DNA of 32,000 nucleotides from Dehalococcoidia bacterium (GTDB lineage: Bacteria; Chloroflexota; Dehalococcoidia; Lucifugimonadales; JAGWBF01), in contig CBDCOF010000002.1 in NCBI GenBank assembly GCA_965219725.1, positions 1,905,433-1,937,432 on the forward strand, in the 5' to 3' direction. A program made the translations under genes and the position numbers. A model generated the notes under the pieces. That model was given only the letters and a program-made list of their open reading frames with translations. It did not search any database and had not been told where the DNA came from. Shown here piece by piece: positions 30,545 to 32,000 of the stretch (position 1 is its first letter; each line of letters starts with the position of its first letter).

Positions 30545-32000
30545 TCATGGTGGGGGCGATTCCCTGATCCTCTTTATCACCCCAGGCAAGACGGGCAGCA
30601 GGTCTCCCGCCAGGGTGCCGGTGTCGCCCATGTCCTGCCTGACTACCTCTCCGGCGGCCCCGTGAAGGTACACCCCGCAGGAGGCCGCATCCGCCGGGGA
30701 AAGGCCCTGGGCCATCAGCCCGGCGATGATTCCCGTGAGCACGTCTCCCGTCCCCCCCGAAGCCAGGCCTGGATTGGCGAAGGGGCTAACCCGGCCCATG
30801 CCCTGAGGGGTGGCGACAACGGTGTAAGCGCCCTTCAGGGCTACAACCGTCCCCCACTTGGCAGACCACTCCAGGGCGGTCTCGTTGCGGCTTGCCTGTA
30901 TCTGGGGGGTGGGTATGCGCGTAAGGGTAGCCATCTCTCCGGGGTGGGGCGTAAGGGCTACGGGCGATTTGAGGTCCCGCCACCAGTCCTCTATCTCCGA
31001 GAGGTTGTTCAGCCCGTCTGCGTCAATGACCGATGGAATGGATGGGTAAGGCTCCTGGAAGAACAGTCTCCGCAGGAACTTCACCAGCTCATCGGAGCGG
31101 CCAAAGCCGCAGCCTATCAGAAGGGAGCTATACTGGTGGAGGACTTCCCGCAGGACGCCGGCTGCATCGGGGTGAAACCTCCCATTCGCGTCCTCGGGCA
31201 GGGGCAGATGGATTACCTCTGTGAGCTTGGAGGCCAGGATGGGGTATATGCTTTGGGGCGAGGCCAGGGTAACAAGCCCCGGCCCCACGCGGGCAGCGCC
31301 CTGGGAGGCAAGATAAGCGGCTCCAACGTAGTTGCGGGAGCCGGCTACCACCAGGGTGTGTCCGAAGGTGCCTTTGTGGGACTGGAGGGGACGCGCCGGC
31401 AGCCTGTCCTTGACCCACCCGCCGGTGAGCATCTCCAGGTTTATGTCCCTGTCCAGGTGCGGGGCGATACCGATGTCCACGACCTCCAGCTTGCCCACTT
31501 TGGCCGCTCCGGGAAACTGGAAATGGCCTGTCTTGGGATAGCCGAAGGTTATGGTAATATCGGCGTCCGGGCAGGCGGGGTCCACCTCTCCCGTGTCTGC
31601 GTTCATCCCGGTGGGTATGTCCAGGGCCATGACAATCATGTTGGGGCGGCGGGCTTTTGCGGCGCTCAGCAGCAGCATGGCGTCTCTGACCACCCCGTCC
31701 AGGGGTCTTGCCCTGCCAGTCCCCAGCACTGCGTCAATCACCAGGTCAGACCGGCCAAGCTCTGCCTCCAGGGACTTGAGGTCCTCGTCCCCGGAGGCCG
31801 AAATAGAGGCAACGCCTCTTTCCAGGGCGGGCCGGAGCTTTGGGTGTTCCTGTTGGCGCTGGGATACCAGGTACGCTGTCACCAAAGCTCCCCAGCGTTG
31901 GAGGTGGCGGGCTGCAACCAGGCCGTCACCTCCATTGTTCCCGGGACCCACCAGCGCCAGGACCCGCGACCCTGCCAGGGCCTTCAGAGCTTTCCGCGCC
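30545..32000 (-). CDS. nnr: Bifunctional NAD(P)H-hydrate repair enzyme (epimerase plus ADP-dependent dehydratase), N-terminus outside window
   Basis: The frame stays open to the window edge (..ARKALKALAGSRVLALVGPGNNGGDG, the YjeF_N motif). The C-terminal carbohydrate-kinase-like domain carries GGTGDVLTG. Confidence 0.9.
   Translation of the reverse strand, partial: ARKALKALAGSRVLALVGPGNNGGDGLVAARHLQRWGALVTAYLVSQRQQEHPKLRPALERGVASISASGDEDLKSLEAELGRSDLVIDAVLGTGRARPLDGVVRDAMLLLSAAKARRPNMIVMALDIPTGMNADTGEVDPACPDADITITFGYPKTGHFQFPGAAKVGKLEVVDIGIAPHLDRDINLEMLTGGWVKDRLPARPLQSHKGTFGHTLVVAGSRNYVGAAYLASQGAARVGPGLVTLASPQSIYPILASKLTEVIHLPLPEDANGRFHPDAAGVLREVLHQYSSLLIGCGFGRSDELVKFLRRLFFQEPYPSIPSVIDADGLNNLSEIEDWWRDLKSPVALTPHPGEMATLTRIPTPQIQASRNETALEWSAKWGTVVALKGAYTVVATPQGMGRVSPFANPGLASGGTGDVLTGIIAGLMAQGLSPADAASCGVYLHGAAGEVVRQDMGDTGTLAGDLLPVLPGVIKRIRESPPP

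Noticed and set aside
1-32000. tRNA, rRNA, tmRNA, transposase, integrase and phage genes
   Set aside because: I scanned for T-loop-like GGTTCGAATCC motifs, rRNA-like conserved blocks and DDE, tyrosine or serine recombinase motifs in the ORF translations. None was found. The only GGTTCGA string (about 18944) lies inside the hydrolase CDS.

Overview
High-GC (roughly 60% by eye) bacterial chromosomal window, densely coding on both strands. I recognised no rRNA, tRNA, CRISPR array, transposase or integrase.

Gene order:
- A tryptophan-biosynthesis block (3' end of trpG, trpD, trpC). It is interrupted by a PPOX-family gene, about 330 bp of palindromic repeats, and a lower-GC two-gene cassette (Zn-ribbon protein plus 2-TM protein). 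A VOC-fold gene follows.
- A minus-strand operon behind a perfect TTGACA-17-TATAAT promoter. It encodes a nucleophile-less alpha/beta hydrolase, two tandem luciferase-like monooxygenase (LLM) paralogs, a small PqqD-like ORF and a flavin-dependent halogenase.
- An orphan small membrane protein.
- A 1012-aa secreted Calx-beta/cadherin-like protein ending in four 62-aa repeats.
- An MMPL transporter, a flavin reductase and a canonical alpha/beta hydrolase.
- Glycolate oxidase glcD-glcE-glcF, split between glcD and glcE by three tandem 117-codon PaREP1/HEPN-fold-like paralogs spaced exactly 385 bp apart.
- A lipoprotein with no canonical start codon and a small membrane protein.
- On the minus strand: a class-V aminotransferase, an SDR, a short Tag-like glycosylase and a VOC protein.
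- An AraC-type regulator, a low-GC orphan gene, and the bifunctional NAD(P)H-hydrate repair gene nnr (runs off the window).

Almost every long intergenic gap holds nested-palindrome (REP/MITE-like) repeats of at least two families. These include about 3.3 tandem copies of a 180-181 bp composite unit at 17.2-18.0 kb. The repeats generate most of the spurious ORFs in the track.

The most system-like unexplained loci are the HEPN-like triplet inside glcDEF, the cassette inside the trp block, and the halogenase/LLM operon.

The gene content (paralogous LLMs, MMPL, Calx-beta surface protein) is reminiscent of uncultivated Chloroflexota-like lineages, but that is only a guess. All family assignments rest on motifs read by eye, not on searches.
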